From Acidimicrobiales bacterium (GTDB taxonomy: Bacteria; Actinomycetota; Acidimicrobiia; Acidimicrobiales; RAAP-2), in assembly GCA_036553725.1 (NCBI GenBank), contig DATBOO010000204.1, positions 12,565 to 76,564 of the forward strand: DNA of 64,000 nt. Reading direction: 5' to 3'. Positions 16,936 to 26,433 of this stretch are shown here, piece by piece (the first letter of the stretch is position 1; each line of letters starts with the position of its first letter). The notes under the pieces are model-generated. The model did no database searches. It was not told the DNA's origin and saw only the letters and a list, made by a program, of their open reading frames with translations. Made by a program: the position numbers and the translations under genes.

Positions 16936-19900
16936 GTGAGCACTCCGCTCTACCGCGGGCCTGGTTGCGGCGCCCCGGGCTGCCGGCGGGCACTGGTCCT
17001 CGTGGAGGTCCTGCTGGTGGTGGCCGGGGTGCTGGCCTCCGGTCTGTCCGACCCGACCCGGGCGGCGGCATCGGGGCCGACGGGCCGGTCCATCCGCCCG
17101 ATCTCCCCGGTCGATCTCTCCACGCCGATGGACATGGCCGGCGGCGCAGCCGAGCAGTCGGCCGTGGTGCGCTCGGGCGACGCCCGCATCGAGGTGCTCA
17201 GCCCGACACTCCTGCGCCTCGAGTACTCGCCGTCGGGCAACTTCGAGAACAGCCCGACCGTCAACGCCCTGGATCGGCGGATGCCGGTGCCGAGATTCAC
17301 CACGCAGGTCTCGCACGGCTGGCTCACCATCCAGACCGCTCGAGCCACCCTCCGCTACCGGGTGGGCTCGGGACCGTTCACACCGGCCAACACGTCACTG
17401 CGGATGGCGGTAGGCAACCAGGTGAGCACCGTCGGCCCCACGTGGGAGTGGGAGTGCCCGTTCGACCAGACCTGCCAGGCGGGGGCGGCGGCGTTGCAGG
17501 GCGGGGCCTCGCTCAGCCAGGCCTTGGGCGGGTACCAGAGCAGCGCCGGGTACGTGGGCTCCCTGGCCCGACCGGGGGCCGGCGCCACCTGGCATGTCCT
17601 GGGCGCGCCGGCGGGCCCGGCGTCCCTGTCCGTCCGCTACTCGAACCAGATGGGCGCTCCCACCTCGGCGGTCCCGCACACCCTCGACCTGGTGGTCAAC
17701 GGGCAACTGGTCACGACGCTGGTGGCCGCACCGACCACGAGCGCGGCGCCGTGGTCGACGGTCACCACTACTGCCTCCCTCGAGGCTGGCACCAACTCGG
17801 TGGGGGTGGTCTGCGACCCGGGCAACAGCTGCAACGTGGGCGTCGACACCCTGAGCGTCGGGCCCGCGGCCCCCGCATCCGACCTTGACTCCGACCCCCC
17901 TTCCACCCCGGCCTCCTCCCCGGCCGGGGGCGCCGCGCTGGGCGGGTGGATCCGGGGCTTCGACACCTTCACCTACGGTCCCGGCAACATCACCTGTCCA
18001 CCGGGGACCGCCGGTGCGGCGGCCACGGCGGTGAATGCGGGGGACACCTGCCAGGCCGCGCTGGAGCCGATGCACACCGACGGACTGCTCGACACGGCCG
18101 GGTGGCGGCTGGTCGACGACACCCGCAGCGCGACCTGGACACGGCAGGGATGGGTCCGGCCCCGCAGCCCGGGCGGTGACGTGGAGGACGGGTACCTGTT
18201 CGCCTACGGCCACGACTACGCCGGAGCGCTGCGCACCTTCGCCCGGCTGACCGGCCCAGCCCCGCTGCTCCCCCGCAGCATCTTCGGGGTGTGGTACTCG
18301 GACTACACCCCGTACTCCAGTGCGTCGATCCAGGGTTCGCTGTACCCCGCCTTCCGGGCGGACCGGGTGCCCCTCGACACGCTGTCGCTCGACACCGAGT
18401 GGAAGGCCCCCAACAGCTGGAACGGATGGGAGTGGAACCCCACCCTGTTCCCCGACCCGGGGTCCTTTCTGAAGTGGGCCCGCTCACGCGGCATCGACGT
18501 CACCTTGAACATCCACTCCAGCATCGACGACGGCGACCCCCGGCTGCCTGCCGCCCAGCGCCTCGCCGGGGCGCCGTTGGCCTCGTCGAGCTGCACCTTC
18601 GGCCCATGCAAGGTCTGGGACTGGAGCTCGGTGCCCCAGGCCGAGTCGAATTTCGCCCTGCAGCAGAGCTTCCGGCACCAGGGGGTGGCGTTCTGGTGGT
18701 TGGACTGGTGCTGTGACGAGTCGATCGTGTCCATGCCGGGGCTCACCCCGGACGCGTGGATTGGACACCTCTACGCCCAGGAGATGGACAACCTGGGCCA
18801 GCGGGGCTTCGTCCTGGCTCGCATCGGCTCGTCGAACGACTTCCCGCAACAGGTGTACCCGGCCGGGCCGTGGTCCGACCACACCTCGGCCATCGCCTTC
18901 ACCGGTGATGCCTGGGGCACGTGGAACACGTTGGCCCAAGAGGCCGCGCTCACTCCCGCGGAGGCCACCATCGGCCAGCCTTACGTGAGTGACGACATCG
19001 GCAGCTACCTGGGCGGCCCGCACAGTGCGCCCCAGGTCCCGGCCGACTTGTACGCCCGGTGGGTGCAGCTCGGGACGTTCCAGCCGATCCTCCGGCTCCA
19101 CTCGGCCAACGGGAACCGGCTGCCATGGCAGTTCCCCCAACCGGTGCGGGGCATCGCCGACAACTTCCTCCGCCTCCGCGAGGCCCTGATCCCGTACACG
19201 TACACGCTGGCAGCCCAGGCCCACCGCGCCGGTCTCCCCATGGCGCAGCCGCTCTATCTCGACTACCCCGGACAGGCGGCCGCGTACTCGCACCCAGGGG
19301 AGTACCTCTATGGCTCGGACATGCTGGTGGCGCCGGTCACCTCCCCGGGCCCCGTGGCCGACACCACCGTGTGGTTGCCGCCGGGACGTTGGGTCGACTA
19401 CTTCACCGGGGCCACCTTCACCGGCCCCCTCACCACCGCCCTGGCGGTGCCCCTGGACCGCATGCCGGTGTTCGTACGCGCCGGCGGCATCATCACCGAA
19501 CAGCCGTCCTCCACCAGCCCCTCGGCAGCCGCAGATCGCAGCGTGGTCAAGGTCTTCCCGGGGTCCGATGGGGCCTTCGACCTCTACGGCGACCACGGAT
19601 CGGGGCTCGGGTACGAACACGGGCAGTCCACCAATACTCCGATCACCGACTCCGTCGGGCGTGCCGGCTCCGCCGGGCCCGGCCCGGGCACCCGGGCCGC
19701 CCGGGTCACCATCGGTCCGGCCCGAGGCCACTACCCGGGACAGCCGAGCTCGGTCGGCTACCGCCTCGAGCTGGTCGACGTCACGCCACCCTCCCGGGTG
19801 ACATTGAACGGGCGCCAAATCGACCACCTGCCGTCACCTTCCGGCGCTCCGGGCTGGTACTACCAGGCCGACGCGGCCACCGTGGTGGTCAACACGCCGT

Positions 19901-19986
19901 CACTCACCACCACCCGGGCCATCACCGTGGAGGCGCCGGGTGCCCTGCCGGTCGATCGACCCGAGCCGCCGGCCACCGCGTCCTGA
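16936..19986 (+). CDS. Secreted glycoside hydrolase family 31 with an inserted CBM6/35-like module
   Basis: N-terminal hydrophobic signal/anchor. The GH31 core has FWWLDWCCDE, AFTGDAWGTWNTL, YVSDDIGSY, RWVQLGTFQPILRLH and MPVFVRAGGII. A ~140-aa insert (YQSSAGYVGS...LSVRYSN...LVVNGQ...GTNSVGV...VDTLSV) looks like a beta-sandwich CBM. Confidence 0.85.
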   Translation: MSTPLYRGPGCGAPGCRRALVLVEVLLVVAGVLASGLSDPTRAAASGPTGRSIRPISPVDLSTPMDMAGGAAEQSAVVRSGDARIEVLSPTLLRLEYSPSGNFENSPTVNALDRRMPVPRFTTQVSHGWLTIQTARATLRYRVGSGPFTPANTSLRMAVGNQVSTVGPTWEWECPFDQTCQAGAAALQGGASLSQALGGYQSSAGYVGSLARPGAGATWHVLGAPAGPASLSVRYSNQMGAPTSAVPHTLDLVVNGQLVTTLVAAPTTSAAPWSTVTTTASLEAGTNSVGVVCDPGNSCNVGVDTLSVGPAAPASDLDSDPPSTPASSPAGGAALGGWIRGFDTFTYGPGNITCPPGTAGAAATAVNAGDTCQAALEPMHTDGLLDTAGWRLVDDTRSATWTRQGWVRPRSPGGDVEDGYLFAYGHDYAGALRTFARLTGPAPLLPRSIFGVWYSDYTPYSSASIQGSLYPAFRADRVPLDTLSLDTEWKAPNSWNGWEWNPTLFPDPGSFLKWARSRGIDVTLNIHSSIDDGDPRLPAAQRLAGAPLASSSCTFGPCKVWDWSSVPQAESNFALQQSFRHQGVAFWWLDWCCDESIVSMPGLTPDAWIGHLYAQEMDNLGQRGFVLARIGSSNDFPQQVYPAGPWSDHTSAIAFTGDAWGTWNTLAQEAALTPAEATIGQPYVSDDIGSYLGGPHSAPQVPADLYARWVQLGTFQPILRLHSANGNRLPWQFPQPVRGIADNFLRLREALIPYTYTLAAQAHRAGLPMAQPLYLDYPGQAAAYSHPGEYLYGSDMLVAPVTSPGPVADTTVWLPPGRWVDYFTGATFTGPLTTALAVPLDRMPVFVRAGGIITEQPSSTSPSAAADRSVVKVFPGSDGAFDLYGDHGSGLGYEHGQSTNTPITDSVGRAGSAGPGPGTRAARVTIGPARGHYPGQPSSVGYRLELVDVTPPSRVTLNGRQIDHLPSPSGAPGWYYQADAATVVVNTPSLTTTRAITVEAPGALPVDRPEPPATAS

Positions 19987-20036
19987 ACTGGGCAGGGCGC
20001 ACTCAGTGGTGCTACACCCGCGCCTCCGCTGCGTTA

Positions 20037-20052
20037 CTGTCGTGAACGACAG
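20037..20052. promoter_or_regulatory. Inverted repeat CTGTCGT-GA-ACGACAG, ~107 nt upstream of the second fucosidase gene
   Basis: 7-bp arms read directly from the sequence, in the 172-bp GH31/GH29 intergenic gap. Candidate operator only. Confidence 0.25.
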
Positions 20053-20158
20053 AGGACGTTCAGCACCCCGTCCTCGATGACGGGTCGCTACTTCTTGGCA
20101 TCGCGGGTAGTCCGACGACGACCGGATTCGGGATCGACGAGGGAACGGTGGAGGCCGG

Positions 20159-21604
20159 ATGGCCGGTGCCCGTGCACAACTGAAGGCGCTGCGCCGGAGG
20201 GTGATCCCCCAGTGGTGGAGAGACGCCAAGCTGGGGATCTTCGTGCACTGGACACCGGCGTCGGTCCCGGGCTTCGCCCCGGTGCATGCCGGTATCGGCG
20301 AGTTGCTGCGGTCGAACGAGCCAGACGCACTGAAGCACTCGCCGTACACCGAGTGGTACGAGAACTCGCTTCGGTTCCCGGACAGCGCCGTGTCCCGCCA
20401 CCACCGGGCAACCTATGGTGACCGGGAGTATGCGGAGTTCGCACGGGATTGGGAGCAGGGGCTCGAGCTCTGGAACCCGGAGCGGTGGGCCGCCGCCTTC
20501 CGCGACGCCGGTGCACAGTACGTCGTACTGGTGGCGAAGCACGCCGACGGCTACTGCCTGTGGCCCACCGACACCCCCAATCCCCATCGGGACCACTGGC
20601 ACAGTCGACGAGACGTCGTGGGCGAGCTGTCGGACGCGGTCCGCGGTGCCGGACTCAGGTTCGGCATCTACTACTGCGGGGGGTTCGACTGGACCTTCGA
20701 CACCACGCCCATCGGTACCATGTCCGATGTCGTCCGGGCCGTCCCCCGGGGCCACTACCCGGCCTATGCCGAGGCGCAGGTCCGGGAGCTCGTCGACCGC
20801 TACCGCCCGAGCGTGCTGTGGAACGACGTGGCCTGGCCCGCCTCGGGACGGGACCTGTGGCCACTCCTCACCTATTACTACGACGCCGTCCCCGACGGTG
20901 TCGTCAATGACCGCTGGATGCCCTGGAGCCCGCTCTTCGCCGCGTCCCGGGTCGCACTTTTCCGTCGGGCCATCGACGCTGCTGGCCGGCGGACCGCGGT
21001 GCGCGACGGTGGGCTCATCCCTCCCGTGCCGCCGCACTTCGATTTCCGGACGCCCGAGTACGTGACCCTGCCGGAGATCGAGCGGACACCGTGGGAGTAC
21101 GTCCGGGGAATGGACCGCAGCTTCGGCTACAACGCCAACTCTGCTCCCGAGGACTTCGTGTCCAGGGACGACCTGCTCTGGGAGTTCACCGACGTCGTGG
21201 CCAAGGGTGGGAACCTCCTCCTGAACGTCGGGCCACGCGGCGTCGACGCCTCGATCCCAAGGGAGCAGGCAGATCGGCTCGGTTGGCTGGGCGAGCACAT
21301 GCTCCTGAATGGCGAGGCCGTCGCGGCGACTCGCCCGTGGGTGGTGTCGGGATCGACAACGCCCGAAGGCTCCGGCCTGCGGTACACGGCCAGCGCCGAC
21401 ACCGTGTTTGCCTTTCTCCGGGGCCTCCGAACGAGCGCCACCCTTACCGGCGTTCGATCGACGCCGCTGACGCGTGTCGATCGCCTGGACGGGGGTGCGC
21501 TGTCCTGGCGAGACGAGCAAGTAGGTCTCGTCCTCGAATTCGGAGCGGCTGTGCACACCGAGGGCCCGATCGTTGTCGCGCTACGTGGCGTCGAAGCCAG
21601 ATAG
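20159..21604 (+). CDS. Alpha-L-fucosidase, glycoside hydrolase family 29 (copy 2, paralog of 6066-7538)
   Basis: WWRDAKLGIFVHWTPASVPGF, YVVLVAKHADGYCLWPT, VLWNDVAWP and NLLLNVGPRGVDASI. Colinear with copy 1 along the whole length. SD GGTGGAGG lies upstream of the ATG. Confidence 0.9.
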   Translation: MAGARAQLKALRRRVIPQWWRDAKLGIFVHWTPASVPGFAPVHAGIGELLRSNEPDALKHSPYTEWYENSLRFPDSAVSRHHRATYGDREYAEFARDWEQGLELWNPERWAAAFRDAGAQYVVLVAKHADGYCLWPTDTPNPHRDHWHSRRDVVGELSDAVRGAGLRFGIYYCGGFDWTFDTTPIGTMSDVVRAVPRGHYPAYAEAQVRELVDRYRPSVLWNDVAWPASGRDLWPLLTYYYDAVPDGVVNDRWMPWSPLFAASRVALFRRAIDAAGRRTAVRDGGLIPPVPPHFDFRTPEYVTLPEIERTPWEYVRGMDRSFGYNANSAPEDFVSRDDLLWEFTDVVAKGGNLLLNVGPRGVDASIPREQADRLGWLGEHMLLNGEAVAATRPWVVSGSTTPEGSGLRYTASADTVFAFLRGLRTSATLTGVRSTPLTRVDRLDGGALSWRDEQVGLVLEFGAAVHTEGPIVVALRGVEAR

Positions 21605-21920
21605 ACGTCCTCACTCTTCCCACCATCTCGACACGCCCGCCGACGCCCAGAGCGCCCAGAGCTTGCAACGCGTGGCCAGGGGCCGGCTGAATCTGACCAT
21701 GCACTGCAATGGACGCGATCCCCACAGAACACCACATCTCCGGCGTCTACACCAAGATGTTGATGGAGCTCTTCGTCGACCATGCCGTCCGACCTCATCG
21801 AGACCCTTTTGCGCCGGGCCGGCCGGTCCGAATTCTTGGCGAAGACCATGCCGCCCGGGCCGTGGCCGCAGAGGGAGTCCCTCATGGTGGCAGCATGCGG
21901 AACCTGGCTATCGTGAGGCC

Positions 21921-23213
21921 ATGGAACCGCGCGACGTACTCACACTCGATCAGATCAACCTGTCGGACATTGAGTTCTGGTCGCGTCCTTGGGAGGAACG
22001 CGAGGGCGCCTTCCGGATGTTGCGTCGGGAGCGCCCGATGGGCCACTTCGAAGACCCCGAGATCCCACCGGAAATGGCCTTCATCGTGCCCAACAAAGGG
22101 AAGGGTTACTACGCCCTGACCCGCCACACTCATATATCCGAGGCCAGCCGGCATCCGGAGATCTATCAATCCGAGCAGGGCGCTACGTCCATGATCGACA
22201 TGCCGCAGGAGATGCTCGAGTTCTTTGGTTCCATGATCAACATGGACAACCCCCGCCATGCCCGGCTGCGGCGCATAGTTTCGGCTGCCTTCAATCCCCG
22301 CATGATCAAGAGCATCGAGGACCGGATTGAGCTCGTGGCCAACGACGTGATCAACCGGGTGGCGGAGCAAGGTGGGTGTGACTTCGTGGTCGAGGTGGCC
22401 GCCCGCCTCCCGCTCGAGATCATCTGCGACATGATGGGCATCGCGGCCGCCGACTACAACACCGTGTTCAACGCCTCCAACGTCATCCTCAGCTCGGGTG
22501 ACCCCGAGTACATCCCTGAGGGCACGGACGTCATGTTGGCTTTTATGACGGCCGCGCAGCAGCTAAACATGCTGATGACCGAACTGTCGGACTTCCGCAA
22601 GGGAGCCCCGACAGACGATGTGACCTCGGCCCTCGTCAACACCAATGTCGACGGCGAGGCGTTGACGGCTTCGGAAATCGCGGCGTTCTTCATCCTTCTG
22701 GTCGTGGCCGGGAATGAAACCACCCGCAACGCCATCAGCCATGGACTCCTGGCCATGACGCATCACCCCGACCAGCGTGCGCTGTGGCAGGCCGATCCGG
22801 CCGGGATCGCCGTCACCGGGGTCGACGAGATCGTGCGCTGGAGCTCCCCCGTCATCTGGATGCGGCGCACGCTGGGCGAGAACGCGGTGCTGGGTGGCGA
22901 GGAGTTGAAAGAGGGCGACCGGGTCATCCTCTTCTACAACTCGGCCAACCGGGACGAGGACGTCTTCGAGGATCCGTACACCTTCGACGTACGGCGCAAC
23001 CCCAATCCGCACTTCGGGTTCGGGGCGGCCGGCCCCCACTTCTGCCTGGGGGCTCACCTGGCCCGCCAGGAGATCGACGTGATGTTCCGACAGCTCTTCG
23101 AACGCATACCCGACATCGAGAGTGTCGGCGAGCCGGACCGCCTGCTCTCGCCCTTCATCAACGGGATCAAGCATCTTGACTGCAAGTTCACCCCGGTGGC
23201 TGTCGCACGCTGA
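21921..23213 (+). CDS. Cytochrome P450
   Basis: Heme-thiolate loop FGFGAAGPHFCLGAHLAR, I-helix VVAGNETTRN and an ExxR region. Start trimmed to ATG 21921 (MEPRDVLTLDQ). Confidence 0.9.
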   Translation: MEPRDVLTLDQINLSDIEFWSRPWEEREGAFRMLRRERPMGHFEDPEIPPEMAFIVPNKGKGYYALTRHTHISEASRHPEIYQSEQGATSMIDMPQEMLEFFGSMINMDNPRHARLRRIVSAAFNPRMIKSIEDRIELVANDVINRVAEQGGCDFVVEVAARLPLEIICDMMGIAAADYNTVFNASNVILSSGDPEYIPEGTDVMLAFMTAAQQLNMLMTELSDFRKGAPTDDVTSALVNTNVDGEALTASEIAAFFILLVVAGNETTRNAISHGLLAMTHHPDQRALWQADPAGIAVTGVDEIVRWSSPVIWMRRTLGENAVLGGEELKEGDRVILFYNSANRDEDVFEDPYTFDVRRNPNPHFGFGAAGPHFCLGAHLARQEIDVMFRQLFERIPDIESVGEPDRLLSPFINGIKHLDCKFTPVAVAR

Positions 23214-23546
23214 ACATGCGGCGGCGCATCATGCGGCGCTTCGACCGGATACAGCGATCCACCAAGCCCACCTGTTCGGGGCGCCGGTTCTGTGCTGCTT
23301 CGGAGTGGGACTTGAGTGATACGCCAAAGCCACCGCCGAGGCGCTCTTACTGGAGGCACGGGGGCCGTTGCCACGACCTGTGTCACCGATGTGCCAGTCG
23401 AGATCAGTTGGCGGTCGGCAAGCGAGCCGAGGCTGACAACGCGCCCCAGCCGGCGTTCGGGAACACCGTGGCGTTCCGGAATGGCGTGACTATCGAGGAC
23501 CAGGAATGCGGGACTACTCACGGGGCTCGTGTTCCTTTGCCAATCC

Positions 23547-23987
23547 ATGTCGCGTATTCGACGTTTCGACCACGTCGGCATGACCGTCGCCGACCTCGAC
23601 GCGGCGTCGGCGTTCTTTGTCGAGCTCGGTTTCGAGGTCGAGGGCCGCACGTTCTTAGAGGGCGAGTTCCTGGACACCGTCATTGGAATACCGGACTCGC
23701 GTACCGAGATCGTCATGTTGCGGCCGCGCCACGGCGGGGCCGGGCTCGAGCTGGCGAGCTTCATCCGGCCTAACCACGAACCGGGATCGCCCGCTGCCAT
23801 GGCTAGCGAACTAGGGCTACGCAGCGTGGTGTCAGAAGTGGATGACCCTGCAGGCGATCATCGAACGGCTGGCAAAAGACGGCTATGGCCTGGTCGGCGG
23901 CATCGGCGAGTACAGCACGTCTGGCGCATGGCCTCCGTGCGCGGTCCAGAGGGGATCATCGTCTCCCTGGCCGAGCGAATCGATTGA
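23547..23987 (+). pseudogene. VOC (glyoxalase/bleomycin-resistance/dioxygenase) family gene carrying an apparent +1/-1 compensating frameshift pair
   Basis: N-terminal half is in frame 0 (RRFDHVGMTVADLDAASAFF). Nt ~23848-23913 read as VOC sequence only in frame +1 (LQAIIERLAKDGYGLVGGIGEY). The end returns to frame 0 (VWRMASVRGPEGIIVSLAERID). The ORF stays open because the shifted stretch has no stop. Confidence 0.6.
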
Positions 23988-24063
23988 CCCTGTCTGCCGA
24001 GGCCGCCGCGATGCTCACCAGCCCCGTCGAGCGATCTTCGGACCGGCTCGCCATGTGGCTCCC

Positions 24064-25344
24064 TCACCCGTCGGGGAAGAACCTCGGGAGGTAATAGCGG
24101 TTGGCCGACAGCAGTGTGTCGGCCAGTCGCTCGGCCACGGGGTACTGCCCCACCAGCGGGTTGGCCACCAGGGCCCGGATCATCGTCTCCCGGCTCCCCG
24201 ACAGCGCCGCCTCGACGGCCAGGCGCTCGTAGGACTTGCAGTGGGCCACCAGGCCGGACATCTCAGCCGGGAGAGGGCGCTGGGCCTGCGGATGGGCGCC
24301 GTCGCGGTCGACGGTACAGGGGACCTCCACCACCGCATCGTCGGGCAGGCCGGGCAGGGCACCGTCGTTGCGCACGTCGACCACCTGGGTGTCGCCGGTC
24401 CCGGCGTGCAGGGAGGCGATCAGGCGCACGGCCGCCTCGGAGTAGAAGGCGCCCCCGCGCCAGGAGAGCTTCTCCGGCTTGGTCACCAGCGCCGGGTCCC
24501 GGTACTGGGCCAGCAGCTCGGCCTCGAGCTCGGCCACCACCTCCGCCCTCGACCGCCAACCGGGCACCGCCTGCTCGGCCACCTCCTGATCGAGGCAGTA
24601 GTAATAGTGCAGGTAGTAGGAGGGCAGGGCCCCGAGCAGTTGGAGCAGCCCCCGGGGGACCCCGCTCTCGAGCTCGAGTTCGGCGCCGAAGCGGTCGAGC
24701 AGCTCGGGCATCCGGTCGACCCCGCCGACGGTGGCCGACCGCGCCCAGGTCAGATGGTTCAGCCCCACGTGCTCCAACTCGACGGTGTCCGGGTCGACCC
24801 CGAGGTAGTGCCCGATGCGTCGTTGCACGTGGATGGCGACGTTGCACAAGCCGACGGCCCGGTGCCCCTCGTCGGCCAGCGCCTGGGTCACGATGCCCAC
24901 CGGGTTGGTGAAGTCCACCACCCAGGCCCCGGCCGCGGCCCGCCTGGCCGTCTCCTCGGCGATCTCCAGGACCAGCGGGACGGTGCGCAGCGCCTTGGCC
25001 AGCCCGCCGGGGCCGGTGGTCTCCTGGCCGAGGCAGCCGTAGCCGATGGGAAGGGTCTCGTCGGTGTGGCGGGCGGCCTGCCCGCCCACCCGCAACTGGA
25101 CGACCACGAAGTCGGCCCCGTCGAGGGCCCGGTCCCGGTCGTCGGTGGTGACCAGGTCGCCCGCCCATCCGTGCCGGCGCAGGATGCGGCCGGCCAGCCC
25201 CCCGACCGCGTCCAGGCGGCCCCGGTCCGGGTCCAACAGGACCAGCTCGTCCACGGTGAGTCGATCCTCGTGGGCACACAGGCTGTCGACCAGCTCGGGC
25301 GTGTAGGTGCTCCCGCCCCCGACCACGGCCACCTTCGTTCCCAC
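24064..25344 (-). CDS. Glycoside hydrolase family 4 (6-phospho-beta-glucosidase-like, NAD/Mn-dependent)
   Basis: KVAVVGGGSTYTPELV Rossmann start, DFVVVQLRVGG, LGQETTGPGGLAKALRT and CNVAIH are typical GH4 blocks. Confidence 0.9.
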   Translation of the reverse strand: MGTKVAVVGGGSTYTPELVDSLCAHEDRLTVDELVLLDPDRGRLDAVGGLAGRILRRHGWAGDLVTTDDRDRALDGADFVVVQLRVGGQAARHTDETLPIGYGCLGQETTGPGGLAKALRTVPLVLEIAEETARRAAAGAWVVDFTNPVGIVTQALADEGHRAVGLCNVAIHVQRRIGHYLGVDPDTVELEHVGLNHLTWARSATVGGVDRMPELLDRFGAELELESGVPRGLLQLLGALPSYYLHYYYCLDQEVAEQAVPGWRSRAEVVAELEAELLAQYRDPALVTKPEKLSWRGGAFYSEAAVRLIASLHAGTGDTQVVDVRNDGALPGLPDDAVVEVPCTVDRDGAHPQAQRPLPAEMSGLVAHCKSYERLAVEAALSGSRETMIRALVANPLVGQYPVAERLADTLLSANRYYLPRFFPDG

Positions 25345-25389
25345 CCTTTGAACGTAACATCAGCGGGTGAGCGCCGACCGGGGGGAAGG

Positions 25390-26427
25390 GTGAGAGAGGG
25401 GACCCGGGACGCGGGGCAGCCCGTCGACCCAGTGGTCCTCGCCATCGACGGCGGGGCGTCGAAGACCGACGTCTGGCTCGTGGCGGCCGACGGTTCGGTC
25501 CTCGGCACCGCCCGGGGGGGAGGCTCCAACCACCAGTTCTCCGGGCTGGAGGGCGCCATGGACGCGCTCGGTTCTGCCATCGAAGCCGCGCTCGACGCCG
25601 CCGGCCTCGACCCCCGGGCCCGTCCGGCCGCGGCCACTGGCGCGTACTGCCTGGCCGGCGTGGACCTCCCGGTGGACGAGGAACGCCTGGGCCGGGCCAT
25701 CTCTGCCCGCGGCTGGAGCGGGACGGACCTCCTCCGCAACGACACCATGGCCGTGCTGCGGGCCGGGTCACGGTCGGGCTGGGGGGTCGGGGTGGTCTGC
25801 GGGTCCGGGCTCAACTGCACGGGCCTGGGCCCCGACGGGTCGGTGGAGCGGTTCCCGTCGCTGGCGGAGCTGTCGGGCGACTTCACCCCCGGCGGGTCGT
25901 GGCTCGGCGTCCGGGCCCTGGGCCTGGCCCTGCGGGCCGGCGACGGCCGGGGCGGCCCGACGGCCCTGTCCGACCTCGTCCCGGCCCACTTCGGCCTGCC
26001 CGATCCGGAGGCGGTGCTGAGCGCCGTCTACACCGGCGCCCTCGACTACGGCCGCCTGTTCGAGCTGGCCCGGGTCTGTCTCAACGCCGCCGCCGGTGGC
26101 GACGCAGCGGCCGCGGGGGCAGCGAGCCTGTTGGCCGACGAGGTGGTGGCGATGGCCAACGCCATCATCGGGCGGCTCGGGGCGGCCGGCGACGAGGTGG
26201 AGGTGGTCCTCGGTGGCGGCGTGTTCGACAGCGCCCACGCCGCCTTCACCGCCCGGGTGGAGGCCGGCGTGCTGGCAGTGGCGCCGAAGGCGCGGTTCCG
26301 CCGCCTCGAGACGCCACCGGTCCTCGGTGCGGCCCTGCTGGGGCTCGACGCCCTGGGCGCGCCGGAAGGGTCCGAATCGCGCCTCCGGTCCTCGGCGCCG
26401 GCTCCCGACCCGGCCGCCGGGGGCTGA
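25390..26427 (+). CDS. BadF/BadG/BcrA/BcrD-type ATPase (N-acetylglucosamine-kinase-like sugar kinase)
   Basis: VLAIDGGASKTDVWL phosphate-1 motif and GGSNHQ, VVCGSGLNC, VLGGGVF. Only the last 346 codons of the 861-aa ORF are used. GTG 25432 is an alternative start. Confidence 0.8.
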   Translation: MREGTRDAGQPVDPVVLAIDGGASKTDVWLVAADGSVLGTARGGGSNHQFSGLEGAMDALGSAIEAALDAAGLDPRARPAAATGAYCLAGVDLPVDEERLGRAISARGWSGTDLLRNDTMAVLRAGSRSGWGVGVVCGSGLNCTGLGPDGSVERFPSLAELSGDFTPGGSWLGVRALGLALRAGDGRGGPTALSDLVPAHFGLPDPEAVLSAVYTGALDYGRLFELARVCLNAAAGGDAAAAGAASLLADEVVAMANAIIGRLGAAGDEVEVVLGGGVFDSAHAAFTARVEAGVLAVAPKARFRRLETPPVLGAALLGLDALGAPEGSESRLRSSAPAPDPAAGG

Positions 26428-26433
26428 GCGTCA

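Noticed and set aside
21610-21885. Possible relic of a C69/secernin-like Ntn-hydrolase (MRDSLCGHGPGGMVFAKNSDRP) on the minus strand between GH29 and the P450
   Set aside because: Only ~22 aa resemble the ...C...FAKNSDRP N-terminal motif. The rest of the ORF shows nothing family-like and runs antisense into the fucosidase gene. That is too little to call a pseudogene without a database search.
23842-25389. N-terminal 516 codons of the 861-aa plus-strand ORF
   Set aside because: This part is antisense to the GH4 gene. Only the portion from GTG 25390 shows BadF-type kinase motifs. The first ~24 codons are, however, the +1 frame that reveals the VOC frameshift.
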